The position numbers and the translations under genes were made by a program. This document shows, in pieces, positions 13,059 to 27,233 of a stretch of DNA of 64,000 nucleotides (within the stretch, counting starts at the first letter, position 1; the number at the start of each line of letters is the position of its first letter). This DNA is from Marsupella aquatica (taxonomy: Eukaryota; Plantae; Marchantiophyta): the NCBI GenBank assembly GCA_973895155.1, contig OZ316892.1, forward strand, positions 29,518,932 through 29,582,931, read 5' to 3'. The notes under the pieces were generated by a model. It was not told where the DNA came from and did not search any database. It was given only the letters and a program-made list of their open reading frames with translations.

Positions 13059-16000
13059 ATGGCGACAACAAATAAGAACTTAAACTATCCGTCCAACAGC
13101 TCTGGGATCTCGGAAACAGCTACAAGAACAATTCCAGCGCCATCGCCGGCGTTGAACCCTCAGTCTCCACCGGCACGGACTCGATCACCACCATCTAGTT
13201 GGATTAGGTCAGAGAATGGCATTCCCATACCATCAGCATTGAGGAGTAACGAGTACTCCTACTACATACCAGGATGTGATTCTCAACGTACCGCATTTAC
13301 CGCTCCTAGCTCGTGGCAAACAATCCAGACCCCCTCGAGCTGGAGTGGAACCTCGGTGATCAACAATGACGATGCGGTCTCCGCTCATGGGGCGGATGAT
13401 AGATCAAGCGTGGGAACTGATGCGGGTTCTGTGGCAGGGCTCAGCTATGCACGGAAGAGGAGGTTGTTGAGGCACATGAGTAGAGCCTCCCTCTCTAATG
13501 CTACTAATCGGAAAGGCTTACACAAAAAGAAGGAGAGATGGACCAAAAAGTTGGAAGATTTTCGTGAATATGAGGATGGAATTTTCAAGTCTCTGCTCTG
13601 GCTTAAGGCAGGCGTTGGAGCAAGTCTCGCTGCCTGCTTGTCCTTTGCTCCCTTTGTCCCTTCGTTTTTTAGACAATACGCATGTGTAGCAGTTCTCGGT
13701 GTGGGCATGTCACTTGAGAGCAATGTTGGGCTCACTCTCCAAAAGGGCTACAATCTCATGCTTGGATCAGCTTTGGCAGGGGTATGTGCATTGATAGTGA
13801 GTCTCATTGAGCCACATACAGGAATCTTTAAGCCTTACTATCTCATCACGTGTGTATTTCTTGGTGGGTATTTGCCACGGTGTATCTCCCTTCCACAAGT
13901 CATCAGGAGTCGTTGGGCCCAAACAACAACCTTTTACATTTCAATCTTCCACGGTTTGATACTCAACCAACAGATCAAAATGGAATACACCGGCCAATTT
14001 CTGTTGAATTGCTTGTACTATGCGACTGGGTTTGTGATCGTCTTATTTTTTACGTTGTGGGTCAAGCCCGAGTATGCTGGAGATGCCTTGCTCGTGCTAC
14101 TGGTGAGTGATTTCCATACTACAGGTGTAGTGTTGGAGAGGATAGTGGAAGACTACAGGGGTGGCGTGGTATTGACGAAAATTCAAGAGCTCCTTTCTGG
14201 AGTTGTCACGGAGGACCACATTCACCATGATCTCCAGTACATCATAAAATCTACAGATGAGGTGGAAAAGCTGGTAAGGTTGCCTGGAACCCGATTTTCG
14301 ATAGCATTCTCCGCATATCTAGCACCTCCACTACTATTCACTACTATTCAACACCGTAGAGCAAAACTGAGTGGCTTCAAAGAACTCTCTGTACTCGTAC
14401 CGAATTTATGTACTTTCGAACGGTTACAAGTTATGGAAGTCCAACCTTAGGGATTATCATCCTATCCGTTGTTTGTTCGCGAAGATAGGATTGGGACAAC
14501 ATCCTACCTTGCTTTGGTTTGTAGAACAGTTTTTCGTGTATTGGCCTCTTGGATCCTCTCATTGGACAAATTCTGCCATGTTAGTATGACTTTAATTTCG
14601 GAGGACTTTATGTTTGTTTTTATTTTTTAATTCAAGACTGACGTGGAGGTGTCCATTGTGGGCCTGTTTTTAGTTAATCTCCAACAATGCTAACACTTCA
14701 ATCAGGTCTTATAAAAACAATTCTATGCATTTGCGTCCAGACATGATGGTGAGTGAGTCCTCTATTTTGAAAACCCTAATTAGGATAATTTTCTGGTTGG
14801 TGCAGATGGCTGCTGTGAAATGGGAACCTTCTCATGGGAAATTTTGCAAGGGCTATCCGTGGGACCTGTATCCTACACTACTAGACATGTTACTACAAGT
14901 GATGTATGATCTAATTGCTTTGGACTCGGCCTTGCGAGCGGAAATTCAAGCACCATTGGACGTTCGAGTATTTTTTGCGGAGGACATGGAGATAGTTGCA
15001 AGAGAATGCTCTATGTACGTCGAGTTACAACCCCTGTGAGCACTTCGAAGTTTATGAATGTCTTATGAAACATGAGGTACTTTGTTGCTGCTTTCTGCAT
15101 TTGACAGAATGAAGAGACAATCTGTTAAATCAACAGGTTTAAGGGTTCCAATCTGATGGCACTTCTCGTGCCGAGAATGCTATTGCTCTTGTCTTTAAGA
15201 AAGTTTCAGAGAGATGGAGTTTTGGTCTAAAGTATGTAGTACAGCAAAGAAGAGAATATTGCTTGGGTGTTCACTTCTCTTCAATGTCCTTTGTTAGCTG
15301 ATCACGACACTGAAAGATTGCCATCCTCATTACAGCATTGATCCGAACGACACTTTCTCTGTGGAGGTGATGCAGGTTGTTTCACAAAGTAGGTGATGCA
15401 CTTCTGGAGCACAAAAAAATTGACTACCATAGCTATGTCCAACGCGCACAACTAGCTACTCTCAATTTGAGAACGAAGTTGAGCAAGCATTCAGCAGCTG
15501 TTCTTGCCCAGGATGACCCGCCTCGCTCATGTGGGATGACGAGAGATCCATCACGGCAGTCCATCCAGGAGGTTTACGAGGAGCTGCCTGAACCAATTAT
15601 GAGCCCAGTCCCAACACCCCCACCATCACCAAAGAACGCGGACAGGTGATTCTGCTCCTGACATGTGTTTTGAAAGATTTGGGGTTTAAATAATTTTGTC
15701 GAAGAGTGTTTCTTTTACTTAAGAAGTCATGGAGTCCTTCAGTCAGGAAAGATGAGAAAGTATTTCGTCCCCTGTAAAGACCTCAACCGATTAAACGATT
15801 TGGGAATGATCGACCTGTTTCACGCAAACGCTACACAATTAGGGTAGTTAACTCCGATGTACAATAGTTGCAATATAACGCTCTCAAATTGGTCGTTTAG
15901 TGGCAAGATCCTTCAGCAAGAGAACACACTGCATGTAACAGAAAATCCTTCCTGCAAGCTGAAATAGGCCAATTGAAACCGTTGCTTGGTAGCACTGTCA

Positions 16001-16602
16001 TATTCTACCAAGTTTGTGTAAGTTCTGGTTGTTGTTTTGGTTACTGTACCATTGTTTTGCGTAATGTACTGGAATTTTTATGGTTAACACTTCCAGACTA
16101 TGAAGTTTTTAAGTTTGGCCAATTCTTGCACTGAGTCAAGCGGTAAAATGGGTTCTTATTGCCAAGACAACTTATGTCGGGCTGTCAGTTTTGGCCTAGT
16201 CGAATAAGCAACGATTTCTCTATATCAGAGTCTCAGACCTTGAACGTAGTGTCGATTGGCCATGAAGTTCTTAGATCTTAAATTGGTCTGTTGTACGTTT
16301 CAATGAATGCTGATAGTTTGAAGAACTTGTGTCGTGTTTACTCTTACAGAGACACTATTATAGGACAGGACTTTGCGACGGCTCGGAGGCTGAGCATGGC
16401 AGAGGAAGATTGGCGGGCGCGTCTTTTTTCAAGAAGGCAATCTGTTTGTGAACACTGGGAAGAAACTCAACAGCAGATATCTTCACTCTCTTTTATAAAA
16501 TTCGCCTCTATTCTCATTGAACTCATGGGTAAAGTGAAGGGTTTGGTGAACATGGTAGACCAGATTTCGGAAAAAGCTCAATTTAGCGAGGTAACTTTAT
16601 AA
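13059..16602 (+). CDS. ALMT: Aluminium-activated malate transporter (ALMT) family anion channel; exons 13059-14273, 14806-15014, 15376-15645, 16350-16602
   Basis: Hydrophobic N-terminal half (LKAGVGASLA..., NVGLTLQKGYN.LGS.LAG); diagnostic WEPSHGKF..GYPW..Y motif; C-terminal SLSFIKFASILIE; GT-AG boundaries with consistent phases. Confidence 0.9.
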
Positions 16603-17569
16603 TATATATAATCCCCTAAAAATCCTGTAGACACCAATCCTTGTCTTTATAATAATATAATAGGGTCGATTTGTTTACTCTTTTACAATAGAAAGTTTCA
16701 GAAGTGCCCCAGGGGACCTTGTAGCATCCCATTACAACACAAATCATTTACGAGGTATCATTTAGGTTGGTGGCAAGTCACACTATGGTAAGATTCTGTG
16801 CCAAAATTGATTTGGATTGCTACTCTGCAATCCCAGAAATCTTAGGTTAATCCATTACGTAAACTCATTATAGGTTTTGCATAACCTGCAGTGCTGAAAT
16901 GCGGGTTGTTCTCTGGAACATTCTGCCAGAAATCTGCTGGGTTGCCAACCATTTAGGCTATAATGTTCTAGGTGACATATGCTGGCCACCGAGGACACCA
17001 TTCATGGCTCAGATATTCGAAGACTTGTTCTGGTTGTCCACAGGAATTGGAATCAATATTTCGTTGTTCGAGCAAAACTATTTGAGGGGAGGTTGCGGTT
17101 ACGAAACCCTGAGGAACACGATTTCCATCAATACAACTGCCTAATTAAAAACCTTCAGAGTTCCCCTGCTTACATTTTGAGTGAGGGACAACAAAAACTC
17201 ATCTTCATTCTGCATTTTAGACAGCACAATCTCGCAATGTTCTGCCATAATTTGTGTAGTGGTGCATTTCGTCTGCCCCGTGGAAAAATCCACGATTTTC
17301 AGATGGCCCAAATTCTGCATGCGTATTGATGGAAGACCATGAACACTAAACGTTAACCCTAAACTATCAACTCAGCCATGACCATGATGTCCAAATTCTG
17401 GGTGCGTGTGGATGGAAGATCATGAACCCTAAACCTAAAGTGTCCATTTGGGGGCCTCAAAGGTACAGTTACAGATGATGGCCATCCCTTCCTTTCTTTC
17501 ACAATCTTAGCCTTAGCTTTCTCACAGGGTTGTGTAAAATTGTCCATTCTCCTCTATAGTGACTTCATG

Positions 17570-18100
17570 TCATGGTATATGATCCCTTCTGATCATGGCA
17601 CATGAACAATCTTTATATGATCCCTTCTGATCATGGCATATGAACAATCTTTATGGCAAAAAGTAATGGATTATGAATTTAATAGTACATAATGTTTTTG
17701 TAAGTGATTAAGGCCATGACTTTTGAAGTTCTGATCATAGTTGATCATGGCATATGAACAATATTCATGGCAAAAAGCTATGGATTATGAATAGTCCATA
17801 ACTTTTTGTCAGTGGTTAAGGCCATCAAGTTTTAAGGTTTGAGACCCCCTCATAACCTTGTTGTCTGTGGTTAAGGCCATCAGTTTTTGAGGGTTGAGAC
17901 CCCCTCATAAGCCATGGTTGATCATGGCATGTGAACAATCTTCATGGCAAAAAGTTATGGATTGTGAATTTAACAGTCGATAACTTTTTGTCAGTGGTTA
18001 TGGCCATGGAGTTTTCAGGTTTGAGACCCCCTCATAAGCCTTTTCGTCAGTGGTTAAGGCCATCGAGTTTGAGGTTTGATACCTCCCTCATAAGCCATGA
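17570..18100. repeat. Complex imperfect tandem repeat array
   Basis: Repeated GATCATGGCATATGAACAATCTT(T/C)ATGGCAAAAAG and GTGGTTAAGGCCATC...GGTTTGAGACCCCCTCATAA modules. Confidence 0.75.
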
Positions 18101-18727
18101 CAATGACTGCCATCGTTGGTAAATCCCTCTGATCCTCAAAGTGGAGGAAAACGACCACCTGCGGGATTCTTCTGAGACTCAAACTTGCACTGACATCCCA
18201 GCTTGACAATACTTCCATTTTTCTTTTGGTTTGGATGTGAGATCTATCCTGGAATTTTCTTTTGCTTTTTCTTTCCGTGAGCAACTATTTGATGGCCAAG
18301 AAGGGAATAAAGTGAGGAGCTCTACCATGTCCACGATTCATTCCTGTTAGACAAGGGCTTTTTCTGTGTGAATCATTCTTTGTAACCGTAACCATCAAGT
18401 CAACCTGACAACGTCTACAATATATCCGAGTTACTATTGATAGACTTGGGACTAAGACAACTTCTGCCACCGTGCACTTACATTGGCTGTTTCCTTTCAG
18501 GAAATCTTAACATGTTGCGAAGAGTTTGTGATCTGCAGGTTATACATAATTCATGAACAATTTGCGAAGGGTGTGATGCTTTGTGGTAGTTTTGCCTACT
18601 CGTTTCATAGGGGTGCTAAAATCCTTGCTAACCTGTTGGATTTGCACAGTTTCAGCTTGGACGGAAGTAATCATTCCAATGCTCAGTAACGTGGAAATGA
18701 GCATAGCATTAGACATCCCATGCGTGC

Positions 18728-18890
18728 AAAGGTCCATTCGATCCACAATCCAAAATAGGAAAGAACACACAAGAAACCACGTAAAGAAAGATAAATTCCA
18801 TATTTGAGATGCAATGGTCCATTCGCAAGCCACAATCCGAAACAGGAAAGAACACGCAAGAAACCACGTAAAGAAAGATAAATTCCATAC
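18728..18890. repeat. ~80-bp tandem duplication
   Basis: GGTCCATTCG...CCACAATCC...AGGAAAGAACAC...AAGAAACCACGTAAAGAAAGATAAATTCCATA present twice. Confidence 0.75.
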
Positions 18891-19228
18891 TTCAGAAACA
18901 AGGAGGCGTCCCGACGTCAAAATTCTTTTCTTAAAAGCGGCTATGTACAAATCCTTGAATGTAACAGTCACGAGTAAGACCTCGCAATTCCATGATATGG
19001 GCAGAGCACAGACTGCTGAATTTTCTCTGCATCTACTCTGGAAATCCATCTTGCAATCGTTTGCCCTGTGAGAAGACTGTACAACCAAATACGCACTGAC
19101 GCTAGCGATGCTCACCACGTTGTCTCCTGTGCTAAATTGGCATGGGAAGGCTAATTTTAATCACAGTTACACGTGCAGTACTCCAGGCATCGAGGCGCTA
19201 CTTTGATAGTAAAGATGTGTACTTGGCC

Positions 19229-22200
19229 TCACAAACTTGTGTAGATGTTTTTAGGCACTAGGTCGAAGTCATCAGGCTCGTATCGGGGCCGATCTCTTCC
19301 AATCTGCAACAGCAGCCTTACTAAACTTTACTGGTACTGTTAAGTATGTAAAAACCACAAATAGCATTACCTCACTTCTACGGTTAACATGAACTGCATG
19401 CATCGTGGACATTTATTTGATAATTAAATTTCGACTCATAGCCATGACGCAGCCCGGACCTCAAAAAATGAATAATTCAACGTTATTCAAACAAATCTAA
19501 TTTCTACCAATTTCAAACAAGAGCTGGCCAAAGGTTGTTATGTAATAAGAACATGATTTGAGCCAAGATCAACATGCAAATAGAATGCTACTTCAAAGGA
19601 TTGAACCCAAACAAATGGGCACATCTGCCCCACGGCTTGACCAAGAACGTTACAGAATACAAAGAACTGAGGGGTGAAAGGAGGACAATCTCACCTTCGT
19701 CAGATAGTTTTGATCACAAAGTACTTGTTCATCTACGGACGTGAGTTTTTTGGCCAGTTGTATGATACTGCAATCAATACAGTGCAGAGAAGTCAATGCT
19801 GCAAAGTTAAAACTTGACCACAAGTCCCAACACGCTTTCTCAGTCACTGTCGAAATGATCACAGTAGACGGAGGGCAAACAAACGTGACTCGATTGTGAT
19901 TAAACGTCAGCAAATGGTTCTCACTTGACAGATGTGACACTGGGTCCAAAAAAAGCTTATGGCACTTACTGCTGAATTTCCGAATCAAGAAGGTTCGCCA
20001 TTTTTCTGGTGTTGTATTGTTCAGGATCCTCGAGAAAGCTCACCATTCCATCTTTCTGATTTATGGTGGCAAAGATTTCCCCCTCTTGGATCTGCAAAGC
20101 ATTTTGAATTGAAGCCCGTCACGAAGTAGAAAGAGTTTCAAGATTTAGGACTATATTTGAAATATACTTCTAATGATCATACCTCTAATGATTGATTGGA
20201 AGACCATGGACTAGTCTAAACACTAAGAAATGCTCTAACAAAACCAAAACAAAACAACAAGGCCGCACACACTTAGATTTCTGTAGTTTCTAAATAAGAG
20301 AAAACCACTCGCCGTCCAAATCCATTTCAAGAATCGTATATCCAAAAATGTCAAAAGACGGCCAACCATTTGAAGAATATGCAGTTCAGCTTCCTTTGGT
20401 CCGTTTAGTTGTACAGTCTCTGCAATATCTTGGAGGGAAAGTGTCAAGTATGTCTGCGTTAGCCGTTGAATGTTCCGCTTGTAGAGAGATGATATAACTT
20501 GCTTTGCTAGTCCCAGATTGTTATCCTGTGATTTAACAACAAGTACAACTTCAGCTCCCAGTATTGCAACAAATACTCCAGGTACATCAAATATGTTCGT
20601 TGCCCGTGAGTCTGGACACTCTTTAACAACAAGCTCAGAGAAATCGTACTGGTCATAAGCATACATTTTTGAACACGTCCTCGTGGGCGTTTATGCATCG
20701 TCTCACGTCCAATATATTTCGACTACTGTATAAGTTTGCGAGATCAAAATAGTCCTGCGCAAGAACAGGTACTTATGAGCATAGAGGTCTCGAACAAAGA
20801 TGTCCTCTTTAAATTCAATCCTTTAGTTCCGTCCCGGAACAAAGCTACAAAATCTCCAAGGGTAGAGTATTGACTTTCAAAACGCAGTCGGTTGTACCTG
20901 AGCACAAGACTTCATATTTCGTTGAACAACTGAAGGCGTGTATTTCGGAAACGGAGGAACCTGCATCAGGCAGAGAATTGCTGATGTTCAGATATTGAGG
21001 TTTTGTGGCGAACATCAGACATTGTAACTTTGGCAGACCCCTACATCTCTCACGTACAGAGCGCCATATTTGAAGTCCACTCACAACTGACGCTAAGAAC
21101 AAGCTTTGCGCGATAATAAAGTAAAAAATAAACGACCACATTGCCTCTCCTATCATCATACTATAAGCTCTTCTGGATATAATGATCAAAGCTCATCTTT
21201 TCTACGCAACTCTCTAGCAGTATGCTCAACGGTTCGATACTAACGTCCCTCAGTCATTGCTGGAAGCGCTGTGAAAGTCAGCTCGATGGTGAATATTCTA
21301 CCTAGGTGATTCCAGGCAGACCGGCTTTGAAGACCAAGACAAAAGCATAACTCACAGGAAATTACCAAATTTCTCACGACATTCCTAATCGGTTTTTTAG
21401 GCTTTAGGGCTTATTTATGAGAAGACTACAGACAACGGTTTACCGCTTCTCGCGCATTTTGGCAGTGACAGGTCCCTGTACAATTCTAAGGAACAAGTGG
21501 CAAAAGGAGACTTGAAGAAATCTGAAGAAATCTACTCCTCTTGATGAAGACGTAAAAATTCTTAAAAGACAACTCAATGTTTAAGAGGCTCGAGTAGCTT
21601 AACATTACGTCTTCAGTAACTTAAGGCAGAAATAAGGCGCAAAGGGCAAGGATTAGATGTGACGTACTATAAATTCTTTGAAAACTACAAGGCTCCAAGT
21701 GCCGATCTTGTGACTATTCCGCACCTCAAGTATCTTGTCCAGAAGACAAAACATCATGATGATTTCAAAAAGAGATCAATCTAATCATTGTCCACTTCCG
21801 GAGAGCGGCTAGTACGGAAAGAAACCTCACCTGACCATTGTGAATTAGGCACACAAGTACAAATTTCTTGTAGGAGGCAATAGTTATAGCGTTGAGAACT
21901 ATTGCGGGTGCTGTGATTGCCTGCTTGATCATGAACAATGACATAAAAATTAGGTGAAAACCCACCATTTCTGTACTCTTTTGAGATGGCCCGCAAATTG
22001 TGAGACCTTCACTAATTTGCAAGATACTGAATAATAATATGTATTTAGGCATCAAGTACACCTTCACCCATTGGATACCACACTGAATTCGAAATCTACA
22101 GGACCTCTTTAAACTGTAGACATCAAGAGAGTCCAACCTATGTGACAATCTCTAGGTTCAAAGCAACCACGTGGCATTCTCCTCAGTCCCCTCATTGTCG

Positions 22201-24417
22201 TTCGGCTACGTTTACACAAGTTAATGATTAGGGAAACAATAGAGGCAAGCTACCCACAAAGTTAAGTACGGCTGGGAACCACCGCACAAAGTATGTGTAT
22301 AAAGATACTTACTTGCTGCAATAACTCCAAAGCCTTTCCAAAACGTTTCAAACCAATACAGACCATTCCCCTGCACCAGAGCAAAGTTCATCAAATTTTA
22401 GCCACAATCATTTCTCCGACTTCCGACAACGATTTGGTCAGGCCAAGGGCAAATCCACCATATTCACAGGATGTTAATTTTGATATCGACGTAACCCACA
22501 GTTAAGTAAGTACACAACGGATTAATTAAAGAGAAGGGAAGATTCCGTCTTATGAGAAAATAATTTCTGGATGTTCCATTTGTCCGCAGCCAGGTAAGGT
22601 TACCCAGGAAGCTTTCTTGTCCTTCCCAAGAGTTTCCACCAAACACCGGTAGTCTGCAGACAAATTGAATGAAAATTCGAGCTCATACGGTATTTACCGT
22701 ACAGAACTGACGCAATTGGATATAACATCTACATGCTTAGATATCTCACCAATTTCATGAGTTGAGTTGGTGTCCGCATTAGGGTTACCTTACTTCTTGC
22801 CTACAAACCCTAAAGCCAACTTACCAAGCACAGAGCACCACCTGCCCTTCAGGAAACTCATACTACAGTCTTCACTGACCGTTTTCAGAAGGAAATCTAT
22901 CGTGACCTGCTGGCCACAGACCCTGTGCCAGAGTAAAATAAAAACCTATGGACAGCAATGCAGCAAGAAGATCAAAGGAGCCTATAGTTTATATGTAAGC
23001 TGTTAGCATTGACTTGCCGGATATTGGCCAAACGAATGTAAATTGAAAGACAATTACTCAAACTCAGAATGTTCCCCAAACGGCAGTTGAAGTTGTAAAA
23101 TTCTTTCTGCCGCTATCAGTAGTACAATGAAGCCCTGGAATGTAGCTAGACGAATGCAAATTTGGATTTCAAAGGTTCTGAGGGTACCCATAATAGCAAT
23201 ACAGGAGGAAATCCCGGGGTGTAAGACCAGTCCTTTTCTGATCGATTTCAAAAATGTCTTCCTCCAAGATTAGTAGGCCCGCCTTGTAAGTCTTCGCCAG
23301 TACACAGAGAAGGAGGTAATCAGCGTGGAGAGGGGTCAAATGCTCGGTGGAAGGCTGCAGCTTACGTATGGCTGCCAAGAGTGGAAGAATAGCAGAGCTG
23401 GGCTGCACGATATGTATCGCCTGATCTTTCAATCTCCGACATATAACAATGACTGCAAATAAAACGATCCTTCATCAGCTAATGAATAAACGGACGTGGA
23501 ATTCAAAAGCACAATTACGTACCAAGTACGAACAGAAGGCCATGTCAATCAATAAGCTCATAAAGATGATAGAAACTACGGTTGATCCAGCCTGTCTACG
23601 AAATCTGCTATTCTTCAAATCGCCAGAGCAATATACATTTTTCAATGGAAAGTCGTATTTGATCTGCTGAACAAACACGTAAGAACGTCGACGCTAAACC
23701 GACAAAACTCCTCGCCTGGTCTGGTGTCAGAGATCCTGCCGAATGTGCTTCCCTGCGATGTCGTAAGCTTGACAAATTAGAAATGAACAATCCGGGACAC
23801 AGAAAGCTTCTCGAATGAAACCCCGTTGAACAGACAGCAAATACACTAGAAAAAAAAGTCAGTCGCTTGCTCTCAGTCAAAATCATCACCAAAATCACTC
23901 AATATATGACTAATCCAAACACAGCACAGAAGGCAGTGAAACTATAATTCGAGAGGGTCATCAACCAAAGGAAAAAAGAAAAAGCAATTATCCAACAAAA
24001 TAGTGGAAACCTAGAGAAATATCGAAAGGGAACACATGCACCCTCAACAAGGAGAGGACAGGAAGGAAAGCAGGAGCAATCCGGAGAAGGTGAAATTTCC
24101 GAATCCAAGTCGCAATCGAATGACGACCCGCTACTTAATGTGGCAGAAGACAAGCCAAGAGCCCAACGGACTGACTATTGAAAACGAGGAGACGATGGGC
24201 ACGATGCGCATTAGGGTGACGAGACAACTCACAGGAGGTAGAGATAGCCGAGAGAATGCTTGGCGGGATCCAAGGCTGCCAGAGCGTAGGACAGCCGTGG
24301 CGCATGCGCTGATAACACATTGTCCGACTGCTTGAGTAAGCTCGCGAGGTGAGCGCAGTCATCCGGGTTCCCACTTAGTGCCTGCACCTGCGCAACTATT
24401 GCATCCAGAGAATCCAT
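19229..24417 (-). CDS. CSN3: COP9 signalosome subunit 3; 11 exons: 24417-24233, 23752-23637, 23452-23188, 22370-22313, 21920-21831, 20960-20898, 20754-20665, 20525-20367, 20091-19970, 19767-19695, 19303-19229
   Basis: Motifs [97 protein letters not shown] (PCI domain); all introns GT-AG and in phase. Confidence 0.95.
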
Positions 24418-24983
24418 ACTCTCCAGCTCGCCCGTCAGCATCAACCACTCTTCTTGCTAGAGTCCACCTGAGAGAAATAATTCCTCCTCGCTCGATAACA
24501 GAAGAGAACCTCCACAGTTCCCTGGCAAACAAACACCTCGTCGTCTCGCCGCTCACAAGAATTCCCGAATTCCCGTCAACACTCACCACTCTGTTGCCCT
24601 TTGCGTGATCCCGTCGAGTACCCAGAAAAATTCTGGTGTCGATCAATCGAGCGAAGAGAAATCCGCGTAATGGATCATCAGCCTCGTCCTACAGTTGACA
24701 CAATGTACTGGACCTCTTGGTGTACTTTCTTCCTTGAATTCTGTCCTGAAAATTTGTTCATTGAAGACTTCAAAGCAAAAGAGATCAGGAGCAGAATTTT
24801 GATTGGGGACTAAACTCCAAAGAGGGGTTCCAGGTTTCGTGTGGGGTTAAGTTAACCCATCCCGCCAAGGAGACTATGGGGTGTAATCCATGGGGGTGGT
24901 CAGCCCGAGGGTTAGCGCATGTCCGAAGCGTAGCCGCCCCAAGTAGCAAAAATCCCTGTTCATGGCCATCGTGAGGCTCCAAT

Positions 24984-25151
24984 AGGGCGTCTCAAACGTT
25001 GCACTGCTGCCTCTGGTCGCGGTCAGCAATGGAGTCTTGGGGAAAAAGTAGCGGACACAAAAATCCGTGTCCGCAAACTGCTGAACCGTAACCAAAACTG
25101 ATAGTTTCGGGCGCCATTTTTTTCCCGCAACTCCAAGGTTTGAGACGCCCT
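24984..25151. mobile_element. MITE of the same TIR family as the 33005-38406 Harbinger-group element
   Basis: Perfect 14-bp TIR AGGGCGTCTCAAAC / GTTTGAGACGCCCT; AAT TSD on both sides. Confidence 0.9.
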
Positions 25152-25154
25152 AAT

Positions 25155-25321
25155 AGGGGAGTCTCAAACCTCTGGGTTTTGGCTCAAGGTCAGAGTCACA
25201 CAGGTTTTCCAGGAAGTAAAGTGGACTTGCAAAACCTTGTTCTACCACTTGTGACCACACTCCATAACTCACACTTTTGGACTAGGGATCTTTATGCGGC
25301 CCTTCAGGTTTTAGATGCCCT
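25155..25321. mobile_element. Second, adjacent MITE with degenerate TIRs of the same family
   Basis: AGGGGAGTCTCAAAC ... GTTTTAGATGCCCT flanked by AAT; 167 bp. Confidence 0.75.
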
Positions 25322-25518
25322 AATAGAGTGGCTGCAAATGCAAAACTCGCTGAAGTCCGCCGGTCATGCATCAATTTGACCACCATCCCCAAACCCTTCC
25401 ACAAGTTTGCTAAATAGTCGCAAAACTCAACTACCCTACATCTTAGCTCCAGCATCATTGCCCTACTTACTAGCAAAGCTTGGGACACTCTATCTGTTGA
25501 CCTACTTACTAACAATGG

Positions 25519-25850
25519 TGTTAAGGATTGCTCTTAGTCTTGTGACTCAAAGGTTACGGCACTTAGGCTAACCACAATTAGGGTCTTAGCTGAGGTTAGG
25601 TTAGTCGTGTGTGACCTTGTATATACCAGGGCTAGTGTAAGCCGCTGGTGAGTGGTGCTTACTCATTGTAACGGAGCAACTTGAGGAAGAGGGAGAGCAT
25701 GTGTGTTCGTTTACTCTTGAAGTAAAGCTTGAGTGTTCGTGTGGACGTAGCCTTGGAGAAGAGGTGAACCACGTAGAGATCGTGTCGACTACGTGTGCTT
25801 GGAATAAGTCATGGTTGTATGGTCGTTGCGAATGATGTCTTAGTTCAACA
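25519..25850. mobile_element. Solo LTR
   Basis: TGTTAAG...TTCAACA termini with 5-bp TSD AATGG (25514-25518 and 25851-25855). Confidence 0.85.
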
Positions 25851-25968
25851 AATGGTCTCGGGATCCAAGATCAAGGCGGGTTACTTATCATTGAGGTTGG
25901 TTGCTTGTGCATACAATAGGGGGCGTTCAGCGACAGTTGTGTAGAGGACCAAACCTCAAACATGAAAC

Positions 25969-26271
25969 TGTGATACCATTTGTAAGAAACCATCGCCTCA
26001 TATTAGATAGCAAATCCTGAATATAAGAGCACACTCAATCAGATGCTACACCAACGACACACCACAAGTGGAGAAACTCCTGAAAGATCCATAGCTTATG
26101 AGAGTACATGTGAAAAATGCGGGAGAGAATGTTCTCCCTTCAACCTATACTCCCAAGTGGGCTGAGATGTGTAAGTCTAAACTAAGCTGATTTTATTGTA
26201 ATATAATCAAGGGTTAATTAACCCTACTAAGGCCAAACTAACTGAAGTAAACTCAAGTCAATTCCTAATAC
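25969..26271 (-). mobile_element. Truncated LTR retrotransposon remnant (5' LTR plus PBS)
   Basis: TGATACCA (reverse complement of tRNA-iMet PBS TGGTATCA) immediately beside a TGTAAG terminus at 25981; far end approximate. Confidence 0.5.
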
Positions 26272-27233
26272 TTTTTGTCCTATGTGGAGGGAGAAGGGGC
26301 TTGCTGAATTTTTGGGAGGTGAAGGAGCTTGGGAGACGTGTCAGGGAGTACAACCTTTGAAGGTCAGCAACAAGAAGATGCTTCAGAGGGGCCATGTTGA
26401 GGATTCAGAAGTTCACAACTAGGTCGTGCAGGAAATAATGACGCAGGTTCTGGAGACTTGACAACAAGGTGCTTGCCATAGATTTTATATCTGCCGTCAA
26501 AATCATAAACTCCCACAATGCGAACTTAGACCTAGGGCTAGGTTCCATGGGGCTAGGAGTGAGGAGTACACATATGTGCAGGACAGAATGTTTAAGCCAA
26601 TCAGAATTGCAGCTTTTCTAAGGACTAAGGAATGTACAAATAGTAGGGAGTATGATTTTCCATCAAACTCCCTCTTGAACTTCAAGGGTACCCCCTGGTG
26701 CTGTATACTAATAGTACCAGGCCTTTTCATTGGCTTCTATGTCAAAACTCCTACATTAAAATATTGTGTATACCTTGGGCATATGATATATTTGGGCCCC
26801 GAGGGGTGTGATCTTACTCCCTCCCCCTGGCCCATGGAACCTAGCCCCTAGAGTCCCATCCAACAACTCATCCTACCAGAACTCCAACTGTCAGGTTGCA
26901 AATATCAGAATTTTGTATGGCCATCAAGTCAATTATTTTTGGCCTTGAAAGCCAAAAATAGACCCATCCAGCATAGGATAGATGTTCTAGTTTAGAATAT
27001 GCACCATTGTAGGGTAGTCCACAAGGGATCCAACAGGGACACTCACCAGGAAGGAGAGAGGGTTGAACCAAGGCCCAGCCAGAGGTTCACGAGAAACAAG
27101 ACTCCCACCACTATACCCTGCCCACACCACACCCCTTGTGTGTGGAGGGGGGAATTACACCTGGGACCTCTTCCTCTAAGCTCATCCTCGAGGTGTGTGG
27201 AAGGGAGGATTGAACATGGGACCTGCCATTCTA

